This document shows, piece after piece, positions 1-9,110 of a DNA stretch of 64,000 bases. The DNA comes from Halobacteriaceae archaeon. Its GTDB lineage: Archaea > Halobacteriota > Halobacteria > Halobacteriales > Halobacteriaceae. Made by a program: the position numbers and the translations under genes. How positions within the stretch are numbered: position 1 is the first letter of the stretch; every line of letters starts with the position of its first letter. The notes beneath the pieces were generated by a model. It worked only from the letters and a program-made list of their open reading frames with translations. It made no database searches and was not told where the DNA came from. The stretch spans positions 18,829-82,828 of the forward strand of contig JBDGTS010000016.1 of the NCBI GenBank assembly GCA_042216675.1, read 5' to 3'.

Positions 1-1
1 C

Positions 2-3000
2 AGCGGCGATCAGGTCACGGTCTACGTCGACGCCGACGAGGCACTCGCCTCCGACACCATCGAGGTGAACCTCACCCTCACCGAGAAGCAGACCGTCGTT
101 GCGACTGTGAGCGGCTTCACGGCGGTCAGCGGTGACTCGTCGAACTACACCGCGACTGCGACCGTCGCGGACGGCTACTACACGGCGAAACTCGTGGCCG
201 CCGAGGACGCGAACGGCAACGCAGTCCCCGACACGCCGACCGCGTCCGCGCTGGTCGACACGTCCGCGCCGACGTTCTCGCTCGCACAGCCGAGCGCGGA
301 CCTCGTCGCGAGCGTCACGAAAGACAAGATCAAAGTCGACATCGCCGACGCGACCGGCGTCGACGCGTCGACTGTCTACGCGACCGTCTCCGACTCCGAG
401 GGGACGGCGATCGAACGGACGCGCGCAGCGGCCGTGGACACCGACGCGGTGTCCTTCGCCGAGGGGACGCTCACCATCGACGTCAGTGGCGTCGACCTTG
501 CGGACGGCACGGTCGACGTCGCCGTGGAAGCGGCGGACGCGGCCGGCCGGTCCAACAGCACGACGCTGTCCTTCGAACTGGACTCCAGCGCGGCGTCCGG
601 GCTGACGATCAAGGCGCCGACGGAGTCGCTGAACCTCACGTCCAGCGACACCCTCGACGTCGCCTACAACTACAGCGACACGAACCCGCAGGACGTGACC
701 GTCAAACTCGTTGACGGCGGGACGACCTACACCTACGCCGTCAACGACAGCCAGTACGCTGACGACGGCGCTCGCAAGTCCCTGACGATCGACCTCGACG
801 CGTTATCCGACGGTGAACTCATCGGCCCCAACCTCGCCGACGGCACCTACAAGGTCGTTGTCGAGGTCACGGACTCCGCCGACAACCTCGTCACCGCCGA
901 GACGGCCGCACTCGTCACGGTCGACGACACCGCTCCCGCAGTCGAGAACTGGAACGTCGTCGACACGAGCGACGCGCAGACCAACGTCTCGGTCGACGTC
1001 TCGGACGCGACGTCCGGCGTCGACGCGAGTAGCATCGCGCTGACTGTCGACGACGCCGACAGCACGACGACCTACACGCTCTCCGATGCGGGCCTCCAGT
1101 ACGAGGACGGAACCCTCACCTTCGTGCCCGCGGAGGCCGGCGTGTCCTTCGCTGATGGTGACGTCACGTTCGACGTCGCCGTCGAGGACAACTCCGGCAA
1201 TCACAACAGCGCTGAAACGACCGTGACGATCAACGACGCCGCCCCGACCATCGACCGCGTCGAGGCCGAGGCCGGCGAGAACGTCGTCACGGTCCACTTC
1301 AGCGAGGACGTGACGGCCGCCGACGGCACGATTTCGGCGGACGACTTCGCGTACACCGACGTGAGCGGCGACGGCGCCGTGGAAATCACGTCGGTCACGC
1401 CGGTCGACCTCGGTGCCGACAGCTACACCAATAAGGTCGAACTGACTCTCGACGCGCCCGTCGCGACGAGCGACCTCGGCGCGGACGAGGTCAACGCCCG
1501 TCAGGCCGCACTCGTCGACCGCGAGAAGAAAAACGTCAAGTCCACGGACGCCGCCACGGTGGCGCTCACGGACACCTCCGATCCGGCAGCGCCCGCCGTG
1601 TCGGCTGGCACGATCACCGCTGACGCGGCCGGGAGCTACACCGTCGAACTCACGTTCGAGAACCCGGCGAGCGTCTCCACGGTCGACGTGGCCGTCACGG
1701 ACGGCTCCACCACGGTTTCCGAAGCGGGCGTCACCGTCGACCAGTCCACCGAGACGGTCACGCTCGACGTGACGAGCCTGTCCGACGGACAGGTCGACGT
1801 CACGGTGACCGCTCACGACGCGGGCGTCGAGCGATCGACGCAGACCACGGTCGAAGACGTCACGAAGGACACGCAGCGTCCGACGCTGACGGTCACCGGC
1901 AACGCTGGCTCCAGCTGGCTCGAACTCCAGTTCAGCGAGCCCGTCTCCGGTGCTGGCGACCTCGGCAACTACGTCTTCGAGAACCTCTCCGCGTCGGAGA
2001 TCTACGTCGATGACGACACCTACTATGTCGAACTGAACGAGCCGGTGCCGGTCGGCGGCATCGCCTCCGAGACGGTTACGGTGAGCGCGACGAGCGCGAT
2101 CACCGACGCAAACGGCACGGCGGCCAGCACGTCCGAGGTGCAGATCTCCGACGTGATGGCCCCGAGTGCCGCCGGCGCGACGTCCGAGAACGGCTCGACG
2201 ACCGTCACGCTCCACTTCAGCGAGGCTGTGTTCAACAGCTCTGGCGGTGCGCTCACTGCTGACGACGTCGCCTACGTGAACAACAGCGGCACCGACAAAG
2301 TGGTCGAGTCCGTCGACCACGCCGCTGGCGACCGCGTGGCGACGGTCACGCTGAACGAGTCGCTCGCACCGTCCGATCTCAGCAGCGACGCGCTATCGCT
2401 GACGATCGAGGACAGCGTCGGAACCGAATCCGAGGTTTCGGCGACCATCCGGGACGTTCCGCGAGTCTCCGAGTTCGGCGTGTCGAGCGCGACCGGCCAG
2501 AACGTCACGGTCAGCTTCCTCTCGGACACGGAACTCTCGACGATCACCGTCGACCTCAGCTCGGAGGGCGACCTCTCCGAACTGGACGCGCCGCTCGACG
2601 ACGGCGTGGTGACGCTGACCGAATCCGACTTCAGCGTCACCGCGGTCGAAGGCGGCTACGAGTACACCGCGACCGTATCCGTCCCGCGAGACGGGCGGTA
2701 CGCGGCGGATCTCAAGTCCGTCCAGAGCATCGGCGGCACGATGCAGACGTACGACGACTACGAGCGCGACTCGCTCGACACCACGGTCGTCGACACGGGC
2801 GCGCCCGAACCGGTCGATGCGGAAATCGTCGACGCCGGATACGACGCGACGGAAATCGCGGTGCAGTTCGACGAACCGGTGTTCGATGAGGGCGCACGTC
2901 TCATCGTTGACGGCGAGATCATGACCGCCGACTCGGAACGTAGTGGCGCCGGTGAGGTCACGTTCACCGTCGAGGGCCACGTCGAGACCGCGGACCTGCC

Positions 3001-3649
3001 GCCGATCTCGACGGCCGGCGTCTACGAGATGGCGAGTGCGGACGACACGTACGAGGTCGACACCTCGGCGACGACCGCACTCGACACGCTCGAACTTCAC
3101 CTCTCGAAGGGATCGAACTTCGTCTCGGTGCCCGTGGAGTACGGGAAACTCGAGATTGCCGGTTCGGCCTTCGACACGAGCGAACTCCGCAGCATCATGA
3201 CGTACGACGCCGGTAGTTGGCACAGCTACAACCCTGCCAAGCCCACCAGTGAGCAGGACCTCACTGCGCTCCGTGGCGGACAGGGGTACATCGTCAACGT
3301 CAGCGCGGACGTCACGCTCGACGTGACGGTTCGGAACGCCGAGCCCGGCTCTACTGCGGGCGAGGCGACGCCGGGTCAGCGCCAGCTCGAGGAAGGCTGG
3401 AACCTCGTCGGCCACTGGCAGGAAGGCGCCCAGCCGATCGGGATTGCGCTCGGTACCATCCGCGGTAGCGTCGACCCCGAACTGACCGACATCTACGGCC
3501 AGAAGATGCCCGGTCAGTTCGCCTACGAGTCGGTCGAGACCTTCCAGCCCGGCGAGGCCTACTGGGTCTTCGTCGAGGACGACGAAGTGTACGCCGCGGC
3601 CAACTTCGAGGCGCCGATCTGGTGGGACGAGGAGCCGCGACTCGCCTGA
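2..3649 (+). CDS. Large extracellular Ig-like/beta-sandwich repeat surface protein (5' truncated by window edge)
   Basis: Frame is open from position 2, upstream of the called GTG at 65. Asp/Thr/Val/Ser-rich, with repeated 'D..AP' module ends and 'V.l.FSE.V' Ig-like motifs. C-terminal 'LSKGSNFVSVP...GQGYIV' and 'LEEGWNLVG...PGEAYWV' duplicated domain. No C-terminal TM anchor. Confidence 0.8.
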   Translation, partial: SGDQVTVYVDADEALASDTIEVNLTLTEKQTVVATVSGFTAVSGDSSNYTATATVADGYYTAKLVAAEDANGNAVPDTPTASALVDTSAPTFSLAQPSADLVASVTKDKIKVDIADATGVDASTVYATVSDSEGTAIERTRAAAVDTDAVSFAEGTLTIDVSGVDLADGTVDVAVEAADAAGRSNSTTLSFELDSSAASGLTIKAPTESLNLTSSDTLDVAYNYSDTNPQDVTVKLVDGGTTYTYAVNDSQYADDGARKSLTIDLDALSDGELIGPNLADGTYKVVVEVTDSADNLVTAETAALVTVDDTAPAVENWNVVDTSDAQTNVSVDVSDATSGVDASSIALTVDDADSTTTYTLSDAGLQYEDGTLTFVPAEAGVSFADGDVTFDVAVEDNSGNHNSAETTVTINDAAPTIDRVEAEAGENVVTVHFSEDVTAADGTISADDFAYTDVSGDGAVEITSVTPVDLGADSYTNKVELTLDAPVATSDLGADEVNARQAALVDREKKNVKSTDAATVALTDTSDPAAPAVSAGTITADAAGSYTVELTFENPASVSTVDVAVTDGSTTVSEAGVTVDQSTETVTLDVTSLSDGQVDVTVTAHDAGVERSTQTTVEDVTKDTQRPTLTVTGNAGSSWLELQFSEPVSGAGDLGNYVFENLSASEIYVDDDTYYVELNEPVPVGGIASETVTVSATSAITDANGTAASTSEVQISDVMAPSAAGATSENGSTTVTLHFSEAVFNSSGGALTADDVAYVNNSGTDKVVESVDHAAGDRVATVTLNESLAPSDLSSDALSLTIEDSVGTESEVSATIRDVPRVSEFGVSSATGQNVTVSFLSDTELSTITVDLSSEGDLSELDAPLDDGVVTLTESDFSVTAVEGGYEYTATVSVPRDGRYAADLKSVQSIGGTMQTYDDYERDSLDTTVVDTGAPEPVDAEIVDAGYDATEIAVQFDEPVFDEGARLIVDGEIMTADSERSGAGEVTFTVEGHVETADLPPISTAGVYEMASADDTYEVDTSATTALDTLELHLSKGSNFVSVPVEYGKLEIAGSAFDTSELRSIMTYDAGSWHSYNPAKPTSEQDLTALRGGQGYIVNVSADVTLDVTVRNAEPGSTAGEATPGQRQLEEGWNLVGHWQEGAQPIGIALGTIRGSVDPELTDIYGQKMPGQFAYESVETFQPGEAYWVFVEDDEVYAAANFEAPIWWDEEPRLA

Positions 3650-3682
3650 CGGCCGACCGCACCCATCCGACTCCAATTTATC

Positions 3683-3688
3683 GGAGGT
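3683..3688 (+). promoter_or_regulatory. Shine-Dalgarno motif GGAGGT before the PGF-CTERM gene
   Basis: GGAGGT ends 11 nt before the ATG at 3700, in a 50-nt gap; suggests a co-transcribed downstream gene. Confidence 0.55.
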
Positions 3689-3699
3689 AATCCAACACG

Positions 3700-4563
3700 A
3701 TGACAACTAACTCGATACGAAACACGGATGCGCTGCGGGTGCTGGCGGTCGTCGCCGTCGTGGCGATGACTGTCACCAGCTTCGCGGCCGTCGGAATAGC
3801 CGTCCCAGCGCCGCCACACGAGGTCTTCGGGACGGTCAGCGACCAGAACGGCGACCCCGTCTCGGGCCTCACGGTGTCCATCACCGACGGCGACGGAAAC
3901 ACGGTCTCGACGACGACCGACTCGAACGGGTACTACGAGCTGAAGTTCCCGGCTGAGCACGGCGAGACGGGCGAGACCCTCACCGTCTCCGTCAAGGACC
4001 AGACTTGGACGACGACGTTCTCCTCGGACTCGTCCGAGAGACACGACTTCCAAGTCGAGTCCGAGCCCACGCCGACCCCCACCCCGACCGCCACCACGAC
4101 GAGCAGCGGTGGCGGCGGTGACACCGGCGGTGGCGGCGATACCGGCGGCGACACCGGTGGCGATGGAGACACCGGTGGCGGTGGAGACACCGGTGGCGGT
4201 GGAGACACCGGCGGTGGCGGCGACACCGGTGGCGGCACGGGCGGGAGCGACACCGTCACGGCGACGCAGACTGCCACCGCGACGCAGACGGCGACCGCCA
4301 CGGTGACGGCCACGCAGACTGCGACGGCCACGGCCACCGAGACGGCCACCGCCACTGCAACGCAGACGGCCACCGAGACGGCCACCGCCACTGCAACGCA
4401 GACCGCCGCGACGCCGACCGAAGACGCACAGACCGACGAACGCACCCCGTCCGCTACCACGACGAGTGACGGTGGCGGCTCCGGCGGCGTGCCCGGGTTC
4501 ACTGCGGTGACCGCGCTGGTCGCCGCCATCGCGGCCGCCCTGCTCGCGTTCCGCAGGGAGTAA
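3700..4563 (+). CDS. PGF-CTERM-anchored surface protein with carboxypeptidase-regulatory-like domain and Gly/Thr-rich stalk
   Basis: N-terminal signal peptide; 'FGTVSDQNGDPVSG...TTTDSNGYY' domain; C-terminal VPGF + hydrophobic helix + RRE (archaeosortase A substrate). Confidence 0.88.
   Translation: MTTNSIRNTDALRVLAVVAVVAMTVTSFAAVGIAVPAPPHEVFGTVSDQNGDPVSGLTVSITDGDGNTVSTTTDSNGYYELKFPAEHGETGETLTVSVKDQTWTTTFSSDSSERHDFQVESEPTPTPTPTATTTSSGGGGDTGGGGDTGGDTGGDGDTGGGGDTGGGGDTGGGGDTGGGTGGSDTVTATQTATATQTATATVTATQTATATATETATATATQTATETATATATQTAATPTEDAQTDERTPSATTTSDGGGSGGVPGFTAVTALVAAIAAALLAFRRE
4108..4415 (+). repeat. Coding tandem repeats: (GGGGDT)n, then (TATQ/ETATA)n including a perfect 36-bp direct repeat at 4330-4365/4366-4401
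   Basis: Read directly: about 18-bp units like ggtggcggtggagacacc; acggccaccgagacggccaccgccactgcaacgcag occurs twice. Confidence 0.85.
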
Positions 4564-4579
4564 CCCGACGCGCCCCGGA

Positions 4580-4597
4580 TTCCATTCTCTTTTTTCC
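4580..4597 (+). terminator. Putative archaeal oligo-T terminator
   Basis: Pyrimidine run 'ttccattctcttttttcc' just after the stop at 4563. Confidence 0.45.
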
Positions 4598-4667
4598 GCG
4601 CCCGGAGCCACGCGTCTCCCCTGCCGCGGGGCGAACGTTCAAGCCCACCACCGGCCACGGGACGGGT

Positions 4668-7214
4668 ATGCCCGACGCCGTTGCCCTCGATTGGCTCGAC
4701 GACCCGCCGCCCGCGGAGACGGGCGTCCGCTGGGGCGTCCCGTGGCCCCGCGGCGCCTGTGACCGCGACCAATCGTTCGCGCTCGTCGCCGACGACGCGG
4801 AGATTTCCGTCCAGACGTGGCCGACCGCGTTCTGGCCCGACGGGAGCGTGAAGTGGACCGGCCACGCGGCCGTCCTCGGCCCGGACGCGCCGACGGACCC
4901 GGACCTCGTCCCGGTCGCAGACGACCCGGAGGCCGGGCTGAGCGTCGACACCGACGACGCCGGCGCCGTCACGGTCGAGACGGGAACGCTGACGGCGACG
5001 CTCGGTGGCGACGCCGTCGTGGACCACATCGCGACGGACGAGGGGACAGTCGCCCGGAACGGGCGCCTCGTCTGCCGGCGCGAGGAGCGAACTGAGGACG
5101 ACGGCGCGACCGTCCGCCGCGAGGAGCCTTTCGAGAGCGTCGTCGACGACGTGACCGTGGAGCGCTCCGGTCCGATTCGCGCCGTCGTCGCCGTCGAGGG
5201 GCGCCACGCGGCGGTTGCCGGCGACCGGTCGTGGCTCCCGTTCACGGTCCGCTTCGCGTTCTACGCGGGGTCGCCGGCCGTCCGGGTGACGCACACCGTC
5301 ACGTACGACGGCGACCCCGAGACGGACTTCGTGGGCGGCCTCGGCCTCGCGTTCGACGTGCCCCTCTCCGGACCGGCCCACCACCGGCACGTCCGCTTCG
5401 CGGGCGACGAGGGCCTGTTCCGCGAACCCGCGCGCCTGCTCCCGCCGAAGACCGACGACGAGGTGTACGAGCGACACCTCGCCGGTGACCCGGTCCACGC
5501 CCCCGAATCCATCTCGGGGATGACGCCGTGGGACGACTTCGAACTCGTGCAGGACTCGGCCGACCACTACCGGATTCGGAAGCGCGTGAGCGAGGACCAC
5601 GCGTGGGTCGACGCCGCACACGGCCGGCGCGCGGCGGGACTGGGCTTCGCGGGCGACGCCGACGGCGGCCTCTCGGTGGCGATGCGCAACTGCTGGGAGA
5701 CGTATCCCTCCTCGCTCGCCGTCTCGGGGCTCACCGACGACGCGGCGACGCTGACGGCGTGGTTCTGGTCGCCCGCCGCCGAGGCGATGGACCTCCGCCT
5801 CTACGACGACGAACGCGAGGATGCGAGCGGTCCGGCCTACGGCGGCGTCAGTGAGGGGACGAGCACCGCCGTCGGCATCGCGAAGACGAGCGAGTGCACG
5901 CTCTCCGTCGCGGACGGGGTGCCCGGGGCCGACGCGCTCTGGGACCGCGCGGCGGACGCCCGCGACCCAGCGATGCTCGTGCCGACGCCCGAGTATCTCC
6001 ACGACGTGAACGCCTTCGGTCGGTGGAGTCTCCCCGACCGCTCGGACCCGGACCGGGCGTGGCTGGAGGACCAACTGACCGCCGCCGTCGAGTTCTACCG
6101 CGACGAAGTCGAGCAACGCCGCTGGTACGGCTTCTGGGACTACGGGGACGTGATGCACTCCTACGACGAGTCCCGCCACCAGTGGCGCTACGACACCGGC
6201 GGCTACGCGTGGCAGAACACCGAGCAGGTGCCGACGATGTGGCTCTGGTACACGTTCCTCCGGACCGGGCGCGCCGACGTGTTTCGGCTGGCCGAGGCGA
6301 TGACCCGCCACACGAGCGAGGTGGACGTGTACCACGAGGGGCCGATGCAGGGCCTCGGAACGCGACACAACGTCCAGCACTGGGGCGGTGGCTGCGTCGA
6401 ACCGCGCACCGCGACGACGGCCCACCACCGCGTCTACTACTACCTCACCGGCGGCGACGAGCGACTGGGCGCGGTGTTCGAGGAGGTGCGCGACGCCGAT
6501 TACGCCACCCTCGACGTGGACCCGATGCGGAACCACACCGACCCGGACGACCACCCCACTCACGCCCGGGCGGCGCCGGACTGGCTCTCCTACTCGGCGA
6601 ACTGGTTCACCCGCTGGGAGCGCTTCGAGGACGAGTCCTACCGCGACAAACTGCTGACCGGCATCGAGGACCTCGCCGACATGCCGTATCGCCTGCTCTC
6701 GGGGTCGAACTTCGGCTACGACCCGGCGACGGGCGAACTTCATCACATCGGCGAGAACACCTACGGCTTCGCGTTCCTGCACTGCATGGGCGGCCCGCAG
6801 TTCTGGCCGGAACTGCTCGACTCGCTTCCGGAGGGGACACGGGAGACGTTCGCGGAGATGCTGGCGGACGTGGGGCGGGCGTATCTCGACCCCGAGGCCC
6901 GCGCGGAAATCGCGCCGGAGGTGGCCGAGCGCAACTTCGAGAAACTGCCGATGTACGCGACGAACCTCGCGGCGTTCGCGGCCGAGCGACGCGACGACCC
7001 GGCCCTCGCGGCGCGCGCGTGGGACCTGCTGCTCCACGACGAGGACGAGCGGAAAGTGCCCCTGCCGATGGCCCGCGAGACGGCCGACGAGTACGTCCGC
7101 CCCGTCGAGGAACTGCCGGGCGTGAAGACGAACACCGTCTGCATCTGGAGTCTCAACGTCGTCGCGGCCCTCGACTACGTCGGCGACCACCTGCCGGAGA
7201 CGCCCCGCGAGTGA
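4668..7214 (+). CDS. YetA/PcRGLX-like exo-rhamnogalacturonan lyase family protein (PL26-like)
   Basis: Motifs 'GVRWGVPWPRG', 'WPDGSVKWTGHA', 'WYGFWDYGDVMHSYD...RHQWRYD.GGYAW.NTE', 'MTRHTSEVDVYH', 'GLGTRHNVQHWG'. No signal peptide. Confidence 0.8.
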   Translation: MPDAVALDWLDDPPPAETGVRWGVPWPRGACDRDQSFALVADDAEISVQTWPTAFWPDGSVKWTGHAAVLGPDAPTDPDLVPVADDPEAGLSVDTDDAGAVTVETGTLTATLGGDAVVDHIATDEGTVARNGRLVCRREERTEDDGATVRREEPFESVVDDVTVERSGPIRAVVAVEGRHAAVAGDRSWLPFTVRFAFYAGSPAVRVTHTVTYDGDPETDFVGGLGLAFDVPLSGPAHHRHVRFAGDEGLFREPARLLPPKTDDEVYERHLAGDPVHAPESISGMTPWDDFELVQDSADHYRIRKRVSEDHAWVDAAHGRRAAGLGFAGDADGGLSVAMRNCWETYPSSLAVSGLTDDAATLTAWFWSPAAEAMDLRLYDDEREDASGPAYGGVSEGTSTAVGIAKTSECTLSVADGVPGADALWDRAADARDPAMLVPTPEYLHDVNAFGRWSLPDRSDPDRAWLEDQLTAAVEFYRDEVEQRRWYGFWDYGDVMHSYDESRHQWRYDTGGYAWQNTEQVPTMWLWYTFLRTGRADVFRLAEAMTRHTSEVDVYHEGPMQGLGTRHNVQHWGGGCVEPRTATTAHHRVYYYLTGGDERLGAVFEEVRDADYATLDVDPMRNHTDPDDHPTHARAAPDWLSYSANWFTRWERFEDESYRDKLLTGIEDLADMPYRLLSGSNFGYDPATGELHHIGENTYGFAFLHCMGGPQFWPELLDSLPEGTRETFAEMLADVGRAYLDPEARAEIAPEVAERNFEKLPMYATNLAAFAAERRDDPALAARAWDLLLHDEDERKVPLPMARETADEYVRPVEELPGVKTNTVCIWSLNVVAALDYVGDHLPETPRE

Positions 7215-7248
7215 CAGTCTCAAGAGCGTGGAGCGCCTACGCCCGGCC

Positions 7249-7617
7249 ATGACAGAGGACGTGCGCGACGCCGTCGCGGACCTGTTCGCGGCCCACGAGG
7301 AGAGCGGCTTCGTCGAGTCTGCGTGGGTCGCCGACGACGTGAACTTCTGTGTCGGCCCCGCCGGCGGGTCGGACGTGGCCGTCGACGTGGAGGTGGCGCA
7401 CACCCGCGACGACGTGGACCTGCAGGCTATCGCCGACGACGAACCGGCGCTGGAATCGCTCGACGGCGACGTGGGCGCCGTCGGGCGCGCCATCCTCGCG
7501 GCCGTGGACAAGCGGGCGACTCACCCCGTAGACTCGCTCCCGTTCGCCATCGTCGTGGACAACGAGGTGGGCGTGCGCTGTGCCTCCTTCCGGACGACGG
7601 CGACGCTGACGGAGTGA
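7249..7617 (+). CDS. Hypothetical acidic protein
   Basis: Acidic ORF in the same run; alternative GTG start at 7228; stop overlaps the next start (GTGA). Confidence 0.65.
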   Translation: MTEDVRDAVADLFAAHEESGFVESAWVADDVNFCVGPAGGSDVAVDVEVAHTRDDVDLQAIADDEPALESLDGDVGAVGRAILAAVDKRATHPVDSLPFAIVVDNEVGVRCASFRTTATLTE

Positions 7618-7925
7618 CTCGCCGCTGGGTGGCCGTGGGGGCCGTCCTCGTCGCGATTCTGCTGGCCTCCCTCGTCCCGACTGGGGGCGGGGGTGGAGGC
7701 CTGCCGCTCGCGACGCTCGGGCACCTGCTCGGCTACGCGGCGCTGACGGCCGCGCTCGCGGCGGCGCTCGACCGACCGCTCGTCGTCGCGGTCGCCGCCG
7801 CCGTCCTCGCCGGCGCGGGCGTCGAGGTGATTCAGCCGACGGTGGGACGCGACGCGTCGCTGGCCGACGCGCTGACGAACGCCGTCGGGGCCGCGGCGGC
7901 GTGGCTGGCCCTGCGCGCCCGGTAG
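7614..7925 (+). CDS. VanZ-family small membrane protein
   Basis: GTG start overlaps the upstream stop; 'GHLLGYAAL', 'GVEVIQP.VGRDAS.ADALTNAVG' VanZ-like motifs. Confidence 0.7.
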   Translation: MTRRWVAVGAVLVAILLASLVPTGGGGGGLPLATLGHLLGYAALTAALAAALDRPLVVAVAAAVLAGAGVEVIQPTVGRDASLADALTNAVGAAAAWLALRAR

Positions 7926-7962
7926 CGGCACCGTTTTCCCCGTCGAACCGCTCTCTCCGGTA

Positions 7963-9063
7963 ATGAGTCAGGGAGAGCCGAGCCCCGACGTGTACGAGAG
8001 CGGGCGCGGCATGGACGCACACAATCAGGTGATGCGCCGGGCCCGGTCCCGCAACGACGCGAGCTACGACCCCGAGGAGCCGACGCGGGTGTGGGTCGAC
8101 GAGGACAACACGCCCGACGGCGTGCGGGAGTCGCTCACCATCATCCTCAACACCGGCGGCTGTCGCTGGGCGCGCGCCGGTGGCTGCACGATGTGTGGCT
8201 ACGTCGCCGAGTCCGTCGAGGGCGGCTCCGTCGCCCACGAGGACCTCGTGGCGCAGGTGGACGCCGCCCTCGACCACGAGGCAGAACACGCCGAGCGACC
8301 CGCGCCGCTCATCAAAATCTACACCTCCGGCTCGTTCCTCGACGAGCGAGAGGTGGGCGCCGAGACGCGCGACTACGTCGCCGAGACGTTCGCGGACCGG
8401 GAGCGCGTCGTCGTCGAGAGTCTGCCGGACTTCGTCTCTCGCGAGAAACTGGCGGACTTCACCGACCGGGGCGTCGCCGCCGACGTGGCCGTGGGCCTCG
8501 AAACGGCCACCGACCGGGTGCGCCACGACTGCGTCAACAAGTACTTCGACTTCGCCGACTTCGAGGCGGCTTGCGAGGAAGTCGCCGCCCTCGACGCCGA
8601 CGCGGACGCCGACGCCGGCGTGAAAGCGTATCTCCTCATGAAACCCCCGTTCCTCTCGGAGGGCGAGGCCGTCGAAGACATGAAACGCTCCGTGCGGCGC
8701 TGTGCCGACGTCGAGGCCTGTCACACAGTCTCGATGAACCCCTGCAACGTGCAGGCGTACACGATGGTCGAGGACCTCCACCGCGCCGGGGGCTACCGCC
8801 CGCCGTGGCTCTGGAGCGTGGCCGAGGTGCTGGCCGAGACGGCCGACGCGGACGCCCTCGTCGTCTCCGACCCCGTCGGCCACGGCTCCGACCGCGGCCC
8901 GCACAACTGCGGGGACTGCGACGACGCCGTGCAGAACGCCATCAAGGACTTCGACCTGCGACAGGACCCCTCGGTGTTCGACGAGGTCACCTGCGACTGC
9001 GAGGCGACGTGGGGCGCCGTCGTCGACCGGGAACGCGCGTACAACCTGCCGCTCGCCCGGTGA
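7963..9063 (+). CDS. Archaeosine biosynthesis radical SAM protein RaSEA
   Basis: 'LNTGGCRWARAGGCTMCGY' (CX6CX2C), 'KIYTSGSFLD', 'KAYLLMKPPFL', 'GYRPPWLWS', 'RGPHNCG.CD'. Confidence 0.88.
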   Translation: MSQGEPSPDVYESGRGMDAHNQVMRRARSRNDASYDPEEPTRVWVDEDNTPDGVRESLTIILNTGGCRWARAGGCTMCGYVAESVEGGSVAHEDLVAQVDAALDHEAEHAERPAPLIKIYTSGSFLDEREVGAETRDYVAETFADRERVVVESLPDFVSREKLADFTDRGVAADVAVGLETATDRVRHDCVNKYFDFADFEAACEEVAALDADADADAGVKAYLLMKPPFLSEGEAVEDMKRSVRRCADVEACHTVSMNPCNVQAYTMVEDLHRAGGYRPPWLWSVAEVLAETADADALVVSDPVGHGSDRGPHNCGDCDDAVQNAIKDFDLRQDPSVFDEVTCDCEATWGAVVDRERAYNLPLAR

Positions 9064-9110
9064 GCCGGTGGGCTTTTTGCATCTCCAATAAAAAATCGTG
9101 ATGAATACCC

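Noticed and set aside
4108-4415. Tandem repeats as a possible CRISPR array
   Set aside because: No unique spacers, in-frame coding repeats, and no cas genes.
3933-7511. Very long antisense or alternate-frame ORFs (e.g. 3933-7511, 17375-19609, 35028-37775, the upstream part of 48420-52157, 57066-59192)
   Set aside because: Arg/Gly/Val-rich shadows of real genes caused by high GC and codon bias; no motifs, and not acidic.
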